A stretch of 64,000 nt of DNA. It comes from Pseudomonadota bacterium (GTDB lineage: Bacteria > Pseudomonadota > Gammaproteobacteria > Xanthomonadales > Rhodanobacteraceae). The notes below the pieces were generated by a model. The model worked only from the letters and a program-made list of their open reading frames with translations. It was not told the origin of the DNA and ran no database searches. The stretch's first letter is position 1. Each line of letters starts with the position of its first letter. Positions 9,333-18,855 of the stretch are shown one piece after another. Both the position numbers and the translations under genes were made by a program. The DNA lies in the NCBI GenBank assembly GCA_021794575.1, contig JAJYQO010000079.1, positions 15,006 to 79,005 of the forward strand, read 5' to 3'.

Positions 9333-10792
9333 TGGGCACCGCCGGCTTCTACTGGCACGACTACGAAACCAGCGGCGCCGATACCGCGCGCGACCGGCCG
9401 CTGCAGTTCGCCGGGCTGCGCACCACGCTCGAGCTCGAACCACTCGGCGAGCCCGAGGTGGCGTACTGCCAGCCCGCACCGGATGTGCTACCGCATCCCG
9501 ATGCCTGCCTGCTGACCGGCATCACGCCGCAGCAGGCGCAACGCGAGGGCCTGCCGGAACCGGCATTCGCCGCGTACGTGCAGGAGCGTCTGGGTGCGCC
9601 GGGCACCTGCGGCGTGGGTTGGAACTCGCTGCGCTTCGACGACGAGATCACGCGCCAGTTGCTGTACCGCAATTTCTTCGATCCCTATGCGCGCGAGTGG
9701 CAGCAGGGCAACAGCCGCTGGGATCTGATCGACCTGGCGCGCATGGCCTATGCGCTGCGCCCGCAGGGCATCGAATGGCCGCGACGCGAGGACGGCGCGC
9801 CCAGCTTCCGGCTCGAGCACCTGGCCACCGCCAACGGCTGCGCGCCACGACGTGCCCACGACGCGCGCAGCGATGTCGAAGCGCTGCTGGGCCTGGCGCG
9901 TGCGTTGAAAGCGGCCCAGCCGCGACTCTGGGACTGGTACTACGGCCTACGCCGCAAGCCGCAGGCGGCAGCGCTGCTGGACTACGCGCAGATGACGCCC
10001 GTGCTGCACGTCTCGCAGCGCTACCCGGCTGCGCGCGGCTGTCTCGCAATCGTCGCGCCCCTCGCCGCGCATCCGCTACAGCCGAACAAGGTGATTGTGG
10101 CCGACCTTACGCCGGAACCCTCGGCGTGGATGAACCTGGATGCCGACGATCTGGCCGAGCGCCTGCTCACCGCGCGCGCCGACCTACCCGACGGGATCAC
10201 CCGCGTGCCGCTGAAGACCGTCAGCATCAACCGCGCACCGGCACTGGCACCGCTGCAGGCGCTGCAGGGCGTGGATACCGCGCGCATCGGCCTGGACGTG
10301 GAGTCCTGCTTGGCGCACGCCGCGACGCTGCGCGCCTGCACCGGCCTCGCCGAGCGCGTACGCGTGCTGTATGCGCACCAGACTCGTGTCGAGCCCGTCG
10401 ACGCCGAGCTGGCGCTGTACGATGGTTTTCTGCCCGATGCCGACAAGCCCTTGCTGGCGCAAGTACGCAGCGCGCCGCCGCCAGAGCTGCAGCCGCTGCA
10501 GGCGCGCTTCCGCGACGCGCGCTACCGCGTACTGCTGCAGCGCTACCGCGCCCGCCACCATCCCGATACGCTGTCCGCGCCGGAGCGCGCGCACTGGGAC
10601 ACGTTCCGGCGCCAGCGCCTGACCGAGGCCGGCGCGCTCGCCACGCTGACGCTGCCCGACTTCTTTGCGCTGATCGTGCAGCGCCGCGCCGAACCCGGCC
10701 GCAGCGGGTCCGATCGGGCACTGTTGGACCAGTTGGAAGCCTGGGGCTGGCAGCTTGCAAACGAAATCGACTGGAATCCTCACCATGCCTGA
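9332..10792 (+). CDS. sbcB: Exodeoxyribonuclease I
   Basis: FYWHDYETSG..RDRPLQFAG, GWNSLRFDDE, HDARSDV. Confidence 0.95.
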   Translation: MGTAGFYWHDYETSGADTARDRPLQFAGLRTTLELEPLGEPEVAYCQPAPDVLPHPDACLLTGITPQQAQREGLPEPAFAAYVQERLGAPGTCGVGWNSLRFDDEITRQLLYRNFFDPYAREWQQGNSRWDLIDLARMAYALRPQGIEWPRREDGAPSFRLEHLATANGCAPRRAHDARSDVEALLGLARALKAAQPRLWDWYYGLRRKPQAAALLDYAQMTPVLHVSQRYPAARGCLAIVAPLAAHPLQPNKVIVADLTPEPSAWMNLDADDLAERLLTARADLPDGITRVPLKTVSINRAPALAPLQALQGVDTARIGLDVESCLAHAATLRACTGLAERVRVLYAHQTRVEPVDAELALYDGFLPDADKPLLAQVRSAPPPELQPLQARFRDARYRVLLQRYRARHHPDTLSAPERAHWDTFRRQRLTEAGALATLTLPDFFALIVQRRAEPGRSGSDRALLDQLEAWGWQLANEIDWNPHHA

Positions 10793-11474
10793 TTCGCCGC
10801 ACTTCACGCCCGCCGCGTTCACCTTCCTGCGCCAGCTCGCGCGCCACAACGAGCGCACCTGGTTCAAATCGCACCAGGCGTCCTACGAACGCGACGTGCG
10901 CGAACCGTTTCTGGCCGTGATCGCAGCGCTGCAGGTACCGCTGGCGTCGATAAGCCCGCGTTTCCGGGCCGATCCGCGCAAGGTCGGCGGCTCGCTGTTC
11001 CGCGTCCAGCGCGACACGCGTTTCGCCGCCGACAAGCAACCCTACAAGACCTGGGCCGGTGCGCGTCTGTTTCATGAACGCCATCGCGAACGGCCGGCGC
11101 CCTCGTTCTACCTGCATATCCAGCCGGGCGAGTGTTTCGTCGGCGCCGGGCTCTGGCACCCCGAATCCGCCACGCTGAAGCGAATCCGCGCGTTCATCGC
11201 CGACAATCCGGCTGCCTGGCGCCGCGCCGCACACGGCCGGGACTTTGCCGCACGCTACGAGTTCTGGGGCGAGAAGCTGACGCGCGCGCCGCAAGGTTAC
11301 ACGCCCGACCACCCGCTGATCGAGGATCTGAAGCTGAAAAGCTACGCCGCCGGCTGCGCGCTGGACGACGCGCTGGTGCTGTCGCCACGGCTGGTGGCGG
11401 AAGTGGGCGCCCACCTGCACCGGTTGGCGCCGCTGGTCGATTACCTGTGCGCTGCGCTCGACCTTGAGTTCTGA
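10785..11474 (+). CDS. DUF2461 family protein
   Basis: FLRQLARHNERTWF...FRVQRDTRFAADKQPYKT...YLHIQPG. Confidence 0.88.
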   Translation: MPDSPHFTPAAFTFLRQLARHNERTWFKSHQASYERDVREPFLAVIAALQVPLASISPRFRADPRKVGGSLFRVQRDTRFAADKQPYKTWAGARLFHERHRERPAPSFYLHIQPGECFVGAGLWHPESATLKRIRAFIADNPAAWRRAAHGRDFAARYEFWGEKLTRAPQGYTPDHPLIEDLKLKSYAAGCALDDALVLSPRLVAEVGAHLHRLAPLVDYLCAALDLEF

Positions 11475-12642
11475 CGCGCTCGCCGCGTCGCAACAGGAGC
11501 ACCGCCTGCCCTACGCGCGGCTGGCGGCGTTCTACTTCGCCTATTTCGCGGTGATCGGCGGCTACACGCCCTACTTCAGCGTGTTCCTGCATAGCCGCGG
11601 CATCGACGCGCGCAGCATCGGGTTGATCCTCAGCCTGTGGTACGGCACGCGTGTATTCGCGCCTGGACTGTGGAGCTGGCTGGCCGGACGCGGCGCGCGC
11701 GGCGTGCGCTGGCTGCGCGCCGGCGCACTGCTGATGACGCTGGGATTCGCGCCGCTGCTGTGGCCGCTGCCGCACGCCGGCATCGTACTGAGCCTGGTCG
11801 TGTTCGCCTTTTTCGCCAACGCCATCGCGCCGCAATTCGAGGCCATCGTGCTCTCGCACCTGCCCGGCCGCAGCGAGCGCTACGGCAGACTGCGCGTGTG
11901 GGGCTCGATCGGCTTCATCGCGATCGCGCTGGGCTACGGCCTGCTGCTGGATCGCCTCGATGCGCACTGGCTGCCGGCATTGATGCTGCCGTGGATGCTG
12001 CTGGTATGCGTGCTCGGCTTCAGCCTCGACTATGGCCCCGGTCACCACGCGGCGCCGGCGGCCTCGATGGGCGATCTGCGCGTGGCGCTGCGCAGCCGCG
12101 AGGTGTGGGGCTTCTTCGTGCTGATGCTGCTGATGCAGATGGCCTTCAGTCCGTACCACATGCTGTATTCGCTGTATCTGCACCAGCACGACTACAGCAG
12201 CAGCGCCGTCGGCGGGCTGTGGGCGGCTGGCGTGGGCATCGAGATCCTGACCTTTTTCAGCATCGCGCCGGTGCTGCTGCGCCATGCGCCGCGCACGCTG
12301 ATGCTGGCCGGACTGGGCAGCGGCGTGCTGCGCTGGCTGGCCATGGCGCTGCTGCCGCAGTACGGCTGGGTGATGCTGCTGGCGCAGTTGACCCACGCGC
12401 TGAGCTTCGCGGCGTTCTACGCGGCGGCCATGCGCCTGCTGGCACGCTATTTCCCCGGCCGTCTGATGGGCTACGGCCAGGGCATCAACTCCAGCTTCGC
12501 CTCCGGCTTCGGCGGCGTGCTGGGCGCACTGGTCACTTCCAGTCTGTGGCCACTGGGCGATGGCCGCGCTGCCTTCCTGGCCTCCGGCGCGCTATGCCTG
12601 GCCGGCGCCTTGCTGGCGCTGCGCGTACTGCCGCGCACGTGA
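11464..12642 (+). CDS. MFS transporter (HcaT / MFS_1-like)
   Basis: About 12 hydrophobic segments; YFAYFAV.G...PY, YGRLRVWGSIGF, E..EI..F motifs. Confidence 0.88.
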   Translation: MSSDALAASQQEHRLPYARLAAFYFAYFAVIGGYTPYFSVFLHSRGIDARSIGLILSLWYGTRVFAPGLWSWLAGRGARGVRWLRAGALLMTLGFAPLLWPLPHAGIVLSLVVFAFFANAIAPQFEAIVLSHLPGRSERYGRLRVWGSIGFIAIALGYGLLLDRLDAHWLPALMLPWMLLVCVLGFSLDYGPGHHAAPAASMGDLRVALRSREVWGFFVLMLLMQMAFSPYHMLYSLYLHQHDYSSSAVGGLWAAGVGIEILTFFSIAPVLLRHAPRTLMLAGLGSGVLRWLAMALLPQYGWVMLLAQLTHALSFAAFYAAAMRLLARYFPGRLMGYGQGINSSFASGFGGVLGALVTSSLWPLGDGRAAFLASGALCLAGALLALRVLPRT

Positions 12643-15600
12643 GCCCAGCGGCGCCAGCGCGCCGAACAGGATCGGCGCGAGGCCCAGCGACATCAGGATC
12701 GACAGCAGCAGGCCGCCCATCACCGCGATAGCCAGCGGGCGCAGCAAATCGGTGCCGCGGCCGATGCCGATCGCCAGCGGCAGAAAGCCCAGCACGTCGG
12801 CCAACATGGTCATCAGGATCGGGCGCAGGCGCTGGCGCGCGGCCAGCGCCACCGTGGCGACACGCGGTGCGCCGCCGGAGAGCTGGCGCGCGCGCGCGAA
12901 GATCAGGATGACGTTGTTCACCGCAATGGCGAACACCAGCAGCATGCCGAGGAACGCGGTGCTGTCCAGATCAATGTGCATCAGCCACAGCGCCAGCAGC
13001 GCGCCGGGCGCGGCCAGCGCGATCGCCAGCATCGCCGCGATGCCGGCGCGCTGGCTGGAAAACTGCAAGCCAAGCAACACCAGCAGCGCACCCAGCGCGG
13101 CGGCCAGGATGATCGCCATCTGCCGGAAGCTGCGCGACTGCTGCCGGTAATAACCGCCGATCACGCTGCTGATCGAAGTCGGGAAATGCATCGTCGCCAG
13201 CACCGCGCGCGCATGCGCTGCGGCTTGCGCCAAGCCCTCACCGGCGCGCGGCTGCAGCCACATGTAGGCATACGGCACCAGGTTCTGGTGGGTGACATAA
13301 GGCACCACGCCGTGTATCTGCACGCGTGCAAGATGGTCCAGCGGCACCTGCTCGCCGTCGGGCAGGCGCAGTGGCAAGGCCGCGACCGCACCCGGCGCCG
13401 GGGTCGGCGTGGTGACCAGCACGCGCAGCGGCAGAATCTGCTCCCCGTGCAGCAACATGCCGGCCTTGCGTCCCCACAGCCGCGCCTCGACTTGCTGGCT
13501 CAGCATCAGCGGGGTCAGTCCGTACAGATTGACCTGGGCCCGCGGCGTCAGCGCGATCTCCGGCCCGGCCGATGGCGACTTGAAGGCCACGCTGCGAAAC
13601 ACGCCGCTATGTTCGAGCGCCAGGGCGAGGCGTTCGCCAGCGGCGTGCAGCAGCGCCGAATCCGAGCCGAATAGATAAATTTCCAGCGGTGCGTGCGCTC
13701 CGGATAGATCACCTAGGCGATTGACCATCACCTGGGTGGCGTTCAGCGCCAGCAGGCTGGGTACCGCCTGATGAAACGCGACGGTCAGTTGCTGCATCAC
13801 CGTGCGCGTGCTGGCGCCGCGTTTCTGCTTCAGTACGATCGCCAGCGCGCCCTTGTTGGACGTGGCGTAGGCGTTGGAAAAACCGCGTCCGCCGACCAGC
13901 GAGGCGCGCGCCACCGCGGGATTGCGCAGCGCCACGTGCAGCAATTCGCGGCCGACCGCGGTGGTCTCGGCCACACTGCTACCCACCTGCGTGCGGAACG
14001 GCATCGAGATCACACCCTCATCCCAGCGTGGCAGAAACGCCGTCGGCAGCGCGCGCAGCGTGATCCAACCGAGCGCGCCCAGCACCAGCACCACCGGGAT
14101 TGCCAGCCACGCGCGGCGCATGCCGGCGATCAGCCAGCGCCCATAACGCCGCTGCGCGCGCTGCTGCCTGCGCGAGGCAACGGGCGCACGCACGCGCCCC
14201 GCCAGCCACAGCGCCAGCACCGGTGTCACCAGCAGCGCCATGAGTTGCGACACCAGCAGCGCGATGACGATGGCCACGGCCATCGAGCGAAACAGCAGGC
14301 CCAGCGTGCCGGCCAGAAAAATCAACGGAACGAACACCAGGCACGAAGTCAGCGTGGCCATGCTCATGATCGGCAGGATTTCGCCGATGCGCTGCAGCGC
14401 TTGTGCGCGGCGCTGCTCGCGCTCGCCGCTGAGATCGTGTAACCCGCGCTCGATCACCACGATGGCGTGATCGACCAGCGCGCCGATGGCCGCGGCCAAT
14501 CCGCCAAGGGTCATGATGTTGAGGCCGTAGCCCAGCGCATGCAGCGCCAGGAACGCGGCGGCCAGCGACAGCGGCACCACGGTCATTACCGCCAGCGCGC
14601 CATCCACGCGCCCGAGAAACAGCAGCACCACCAGCAGCGCGATCACGCTGCCCAGCCCGAGCGCGATCCACACGTCGCGCAGACTGCCACTGATCAGCCC
14701 GCTCAAGTCGTAGATGCGCACCAGTTTCACACCCGCCGGCAGTTGCTTGCGCAATGTGGCGATGCGCGCCCGCACGGCATGCGCCACGGCCACCTCGTCG
14801 GCGCCGGCCTGGGCCTTGATGTCCACCACCAGCGCGTGGCGCCAGCCGGCGACGGCGGCATCGCGTCGCAGTGGCGGCGGCGCCAGCGTCACCGTGCCCA
14901 ACGCGCCGAGGGCGATGGGCATGCGGCTGCCATCCGCGCCCACCGGTCCGAGCGGCAGCATCAGTTGCTCGAGTGCGGCAGCCGTAGCCGGGCGCGGCGT
15001 TGTGGCCACCACGAACTGCTGGTTGTAGGCCTGCAGCACGCCGGAAAAATACGGCCCCTGGGCGGCCTGCAGCGCGCTCACGACCTGGGCCGCGGTCAAA
15101 TCATGCTCGGCCAGACGTCGCGCATTGAGCAGCACGTGCACCTCAGGCCAGCCGCGCCCGGTCCAGTTCACCCGATACACGCCATTGATGCCGAGCAGCA
15201 TGGGGCGCAGATGAAACGCGAAATAGGGCATCAGCGCCGAGCTGTCGAGTCGGTTCGACACCAGCGCGTATTCGGCGAAGGGATACACGTTGGGCGTCAT
15301 CAAGTGCACCGACATCGTCGCCCCTGGCGGCAGCGCGATATGCGCCAGCCGCGCCTGCAGCATCAGATACGCCGTTTGCGGATTGACGCCCTGATCGAAA
15401 TACACATGTAGCTTGGACAAGCCGTAGCCGGTCTGCGAGCGCACCAGGCGCACGCCGGGCTCGCCCTTTGCGGTTTGCTCCAGCGGCAGCGTGACCACGT
15501 CCTCCATCGCTCGCACCGGCAGGTTGCCGGCATTGACCAGCACCGTGACCATGGGAAAATCGATGTCGGGAAAAATGCTCTCGGGCAGCGTGCGCAAGGC

Positions 15601-15684
15601 ATACCAGCCGGCACCCAGCAGCAGCAGCGCGGACAGGATTACCGACCAGCGATTGAGCCACAGAAACGCGAGATAGCGCCTCAT
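12592..15684 (-). CDS. RND efflux permease (~1030 aa)
   Basis: LPESIFPDIDFP, NIMTLGGL...GALVDHAIVVIE, RQRLRPILMT..ADVLG..PLA; 3' end overlaps the MFS gene convergently. Confidence 0.9.
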   Translation of the reverse strand: MRRYLAFLWLNRWSVILSALLLLGAGWYALRTLPESIFPDIDFPMVTVLVNAGNLPVRAMEDVVTLPLEQTAKGEPGVRLVRSQTGYGLSKLHVYFDQGVNPQTAYLMLQARLAHIALPPGATMSVHLMTPNVYPFAEYALVSNRLDSSALMPYFAFHLRPMLLGINGVYRVNWTGRGWPEVHVLLNARRLAEHDLTAAQVVSALQAAQGPYFSGVLQAYNQQFVVATTPRPATAAALEQLMLPLGPVGADGSRMPIALGALGTVTLAPPPLRRDAAVAGWRHALVVDIKAQAGADEVAVAHAVRARIATLRKQLPAGVKLVRIYDLSGLISGSLRDVWIALGLGSVIALLVVLLFLGRVDGALAVMTVVPLSLAAAFLALHALGYGLNIMTLGGLAAAIGALVDHAIVVIERGLHDLSGEREQRRAQALQRIGEILPIMSMATLTSCLVFVPLIFLAGTLGLLFRSMAVAIVIALLVSQLMALLVTPVLALWLAGRVRAPVASRRQQRAQRRYGRWLIAGMRRAWLAIPVVLVLGALGWITLRALPTAFLPRWDEGVISMPFRTQVGSSVAETTAVGRELLHVALRNPAVARASLVGGRGFSNAYATSNKGALAIVLKQKRGASTRTVMQQLTVAFHQAVPSLLALNATQVMVNRLGDLSGAHAPLEIYLFGSDSALLHAAGERLALALEHSGVFRSVAFKSPSAGPEIALTPRAQVNLYGLTPLMLSQQVEARLWGRKAGMLLHGEQILPLRVLVTTPTPAPGAVAALPLRLPDGEQVPLDHLARVQIHGVVPYVTHQNLVPYAYMWLQPRAGEGLAQAAAHARAVLATMHFPTSISSVIGGYYRQQSRSFRQMAIILAAALGALLVLLGLQFSSQRAGIAAMLAIALAAPGALLALWLMHIDLDSTAFLGMLLVFAIAVNNVILIFARARQLSGGAPRVATVALAARQRLRPILMTMLADVLGFLPLAIGIGRGTDLLRPLAIAVMGGLLLSILMSLGLAPILFGALAPLGSRARQYAQRQQGAGQA

Positions 15685-16700
15685 GGCCGCACCGCGACCG
15701 CCACCCCGTCCTGCAAGCGCGTACTGCCGGCGACAATCACCTGCGCGGGGTTGCCCAGCGCGCCGCGCACCCAGCTCGCACCCGCGCGCGCCGCCAGCAC
15801 CTGCACCGGCACCGCCCGCGCATGACCGTTGCGCAGCACGAACACCTCGCTGTGCGCTCCGCGCCACACCACCGCCGCATCGGGCACGCGCCATGCTGGC
15901 GCGCGCGGCAGCGCGAAGTACAACCTCAGCCACTGCCCCGGCAGCAGCGCGCTGGACGCCGGCAGGGCCACGTACACCGGCACCATGCCGGCGCTGCGTG
16001 CACTCTGCCCCAACGAACGCACCACGGCACTGCCGCGCAGATCACCGGCATGCCAGAGCACCGTCATGCCCGGTGTCACATGACGCGCTTGGCGCGGGGT
16101 CAACTCGGCGCGCGCCCACGGTTGCCCGCGTCCCAGCAGGGTGGCCACCGGCGTGCCGCGATACACCACCGTGCCGGCGCTGACCAGATAACCCAACGTA
16201 CCCGCGAACGGCGCGCGCAAGACGGATTGCGCGTCCTGCCGCTGCAAGGCACGCAGCGCGGCATCGGCCTGCTGCAACTGCACCCGCGCCCGGTCGAGAC
16301 TTTGCCGCGCGACCAGCCCGCGCCGAGCCAGATGCTGCTGCCGGCGCAGGTCAGTCGCGGCCAGCGCCGCGTTGGCCTGCGCGGCGTGTATCTCCGCCGG
16401 CAGGCCCGGCACCGCCACGCGCGCGACGATCGCACCCGCGGTCACCTCGCCCGGCGCCAGAAACGGGCCCACCACCCGCCCGGTCAACGGAGCCGCCAGC
16501 GTGGTGTGGTCGGCGCTCTCCACGCGCGCCAGCACGCGCAGCGTGTCCTGCCAGGGCGCCGCGACGATGGTCCGCACATGGACAGGCACCGCCGCCGTAG
16601 GTTGTGCCGCGAAAGCCTGGGTCGCCAGTACCGCCAGCAGCAGTCCCGCCAGACGCGCCTTACCTAGTTTGCGCATCGATGCAGCATTCGACATTGTCAT
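15681..16700 (-). CDS. RND periplasmic adaptor (MFP)
   Basis: Signal/anchor, lipoyl motifs (APLTGRV, LRAPFAG), helical hairpin; 4-nt overlap with the permease; start 16700 or 16676. Confidence 0.85.
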   Translation of the reverse strand: MTMSNAASMRKLGKARLAGLLLAVLATQAFAAQPTAAVPVHVRTIVAAPWQDTLRVLARVESADHTTLAAPLTGRVVGPFLAPGEVTAGAIVARVAVPGLPAEIHAAQANAALAATDLRRQQHLARRGLVARQSLDRARVQLQQADAALRALQRQDAQSVLRAPFAGTLGYLVSAGTVVYRGTPVATLLGRGQPWARAELTPRQARHVTPGMTVLWHAGDLRGSAVVRSLGQSARSAGMVPVYVALPASSALLPGQWLRLYFALPRAPAWRVPDAAVVWRGAHSEVFVLRNGHARAVPVQVLAARAGASWVRGALGNPAQVIVAGSTRLQDGVAVAVRP

Positions 16701-16909
16701 GTCCGTTTCGACAGTGCAGCCCGCGCAGCGTTGTCCAAAAACGTCTCGCGATCGAATTACGCATCAGTAATAAATGGCTGATCATGAGGCCTGCACGCAG
16801 CGCAGCCTTACTAAAAAGTGATCAACTTGCATGCGCACGCGCACTATCAGGCATGCGCGGCATGCCTCTGATCTGCGCCAGAATCCGGCCGTCAATGGGG
16901 AGAAGGTCC

Positions 16910-17530
16910 ATGCGCCGCATCCTGATTGCCCTCGTGTTCGCGCTGTCCATGCTGGGTGGCATCCCGGCGGCGCGGGCGGGCGGCGGCCCGCTTGGCATCG
17001 ACCATCGCCTCGGCTACGACAACGGCGGCATCTGGAAGCGCAGCTACCAGGTCGATCTCGCCTACTGCGAGGCGCTGTGCACGCTGGCCGCGGCCAGTTT
17101 GGAAGGCGGCAAGACGCGCTTCGGCCGCACGCTGTGGCAATCCGTGGATGCGATGGCGTTCTCCTCGCTAGCGTCGCAGGGGCTCAAATGGACTTTCGGC
17201 CGCGAGCGCCCCAGCTACAGCGCGGACCCCAATCTCTGGTTCCACGGCGGCGCCAGCTTTCCCAGCGGCGAGGTCACCGAAGCCACCAGTTTCGTGACGC
17301 CGTTCATCGCCGAATACCAGCACGATCATCCATGGGTGTGGGCACTGGCGGTGATCCCCGCCTACGATGCCGAGGCCCGCATGAAAACCTGGGGCCACTG
17401 GCAGACCGACGTGCTGGCCGGCGCCGCGCTGGGCACGGCCTTCGGCATCTGGGCGCACGACCGCAAGCAACCGCTGATCCTGTCGTGGCTGCCCGGCGGC
17501 TTCATGGTCGGCTATGCGCACCGCTTTTGA
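16910..17530 (+). CDS. PAP2-family phosphatase with signal peptide
   Basis: KWTFGRERP (C1), SFPSGE (C2 variant), RMKTWGHWQTDV (C3). Confidence 0.82.
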   Translation: MRRILIALVFALSMLGGIPAARAGGGPLGIDHRLGYDNGGIWKRSYQVDLAYCEALCTLAAASLEGGKTRFGRTLWQSVDAMAFSSLASQGLKWTFGRERPSYSADPNLWFHGGASFPSGEVTEATSFVTPFIAEYQHDHPWVWALAVIPAYDAEARMKTWGHWQTDVLAGAALGTAFGIWAHDRKQPLILSWLPGGFMVGYAHRF

Positions 17531-17547
17531 AGCGGCAGCGATGGCGT

Positions 17548-18855
17548 TCAATCGCGCGCACGCCGCTCGCGGCGCTCCTTCCGCGCATCGTGCCACTGCA
17601 GCCATGCGTAGTGCGCCTGCGCGGCCAGCAATCCCCACGGACGCAGCGCGGAGTCCAGTCCGTAGCGACCGAACTCGCGCCAGGCGCCATCGCCCTGACC
17701 GATCGCGGCCGCGAGCAGCTCGCCGGTCACTGCGGTCGGCGCCAGGCCGTGACCGCCGAAGGCTTGCGCCCACCACAAGCCTTTGCCATCGCCGCCGATC
17801 TGCGGCATCTGATGGCGCGCGTAGCTCATCAATCCGGACCAGCCGTAGTCCACGCGCACGCCGCGCAACTGTGGAAACACCCGCAGCATGTCTTGGTACA
17901 GCAAGCGGCGGATGCTTTCGGCATCGCGCTGGCGCACGTCGATGCGGCCGCCCCACAGCAAGCGCGTGTCGGGCAGTGGGCGGTAGTAGTCGAACGCGAA
18001 ACGCGTGTCGTATACCGCCGCCGCAGTGGTGAGGCACTCGTACAGGCGTGTACCCAGCGGCTCGGTGACCATCACGTAGGTGGCAATGGGTAACACCGCG
18101 CGATCGACACGCGGCGCCAACCCGCTGAGATAGCCGCCGCAGGCCAGCAGCACCTGGCGCGCGTCCAGTCGACCGCCGCCGGTGTGCAGGCGAAACCCGC
18201 CGCCTGACCGGCGCCCTAGCTTCAGCACGCGCGAGGTTTCGCGCACTTCCACGCCTTGCTGCGTCGCCGCGTGCGCCAGACCGCGCGCATAGGCCAGAGG
18301 ATCGAGATGCATGGCGTTGGGCTCGTACAACGCGCCGTGGTAGCGGCTGCTGCACACCCATTCGCGCAGTGTATCGGCGTCCACCGGCTGCCACTCGGCA
18401 CCCAACCGCGCCAGCAGCGCGCGGCGCTGTTCCAGCACGTGCGCATCGCGGAACCAGTTGGTCCACAACACGCCGGCGTCGGCCAGGTCGCAGCCGATGC
18501 CGTAGCGCTGCACGCGCCGCCGCACCAGGTTCACGCCCTGCATGGTGGCCTGGTACAGCGCGCGCGCGCGGTCCTCGCCCAGTTGCCGCAGCAGCGCCTG
18601 TTCGCCCAGCGAGTAGCCGGCGAACACGAAACCGCCATTGCGCCCGGAAGCGCCGAAGCCGATGCGCTCGGCTTCCAGCAGGACGACGCCTTTCTGGCCG
18701 CGCTCGGCAAGACCCAGCGCCGTATTCAACCCCGCGTAGCCGCCGCCGACGATGGCCACCTCGGCCTCGCATTGGCCGGTCAGCGCCGGATACGCCGGCA
18801 CCGCCGCGGCACGCGCCTCGTAGTAACTGGCCGCCGGCAGCGCCGCGCGTCTCAT
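17548..18855 (-). CDS. FAD-dependent amine oxidoreductase (PuuB/OrdL, DAO family)
   Basis: SYYEA, VAIVGGGYAG, GFGASGRNGG, DTRFAFDYYR, AFGGHG. Confidence 0.88.
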   Translation of the reverse strand: MRRAALPAASYYEARAAAVPAYPALTGQCEAEVAIVGGGYAGLNTALGLAERGQKGVVLLEAERIGFGASGRNGGFVFAGYSLGEQALLRQLGEDRARALYQATMQGVNLVRRRVQRYGIGCDLADAGVLWTNWFRDAHVLEQRRALLARLGAEWQPVDADTLREWVCSSRYHGALYEPNAMHLDPLAYARGLAHAATQQGVEVRETSRVLKLGRRSGGGFRLHTGGGRLDARQVLLACGGYLSGLAPRVDRAVLPIATYVMVTEPLGTRLYECLTTAAAVYDTRFAFDYYRPLPDTRLLWGGRIDVRQRDAESIRRLLYQDMLRVFPQLRGVRVDYGWSGLMSYARHQMPQIGGDGKGLWWAQAFGGHGLAPTAVTGELLAAAIGQGDGAWREFGRYGLDSALRPWGLLAAQAHYAWLQWHDARKERRERRARD

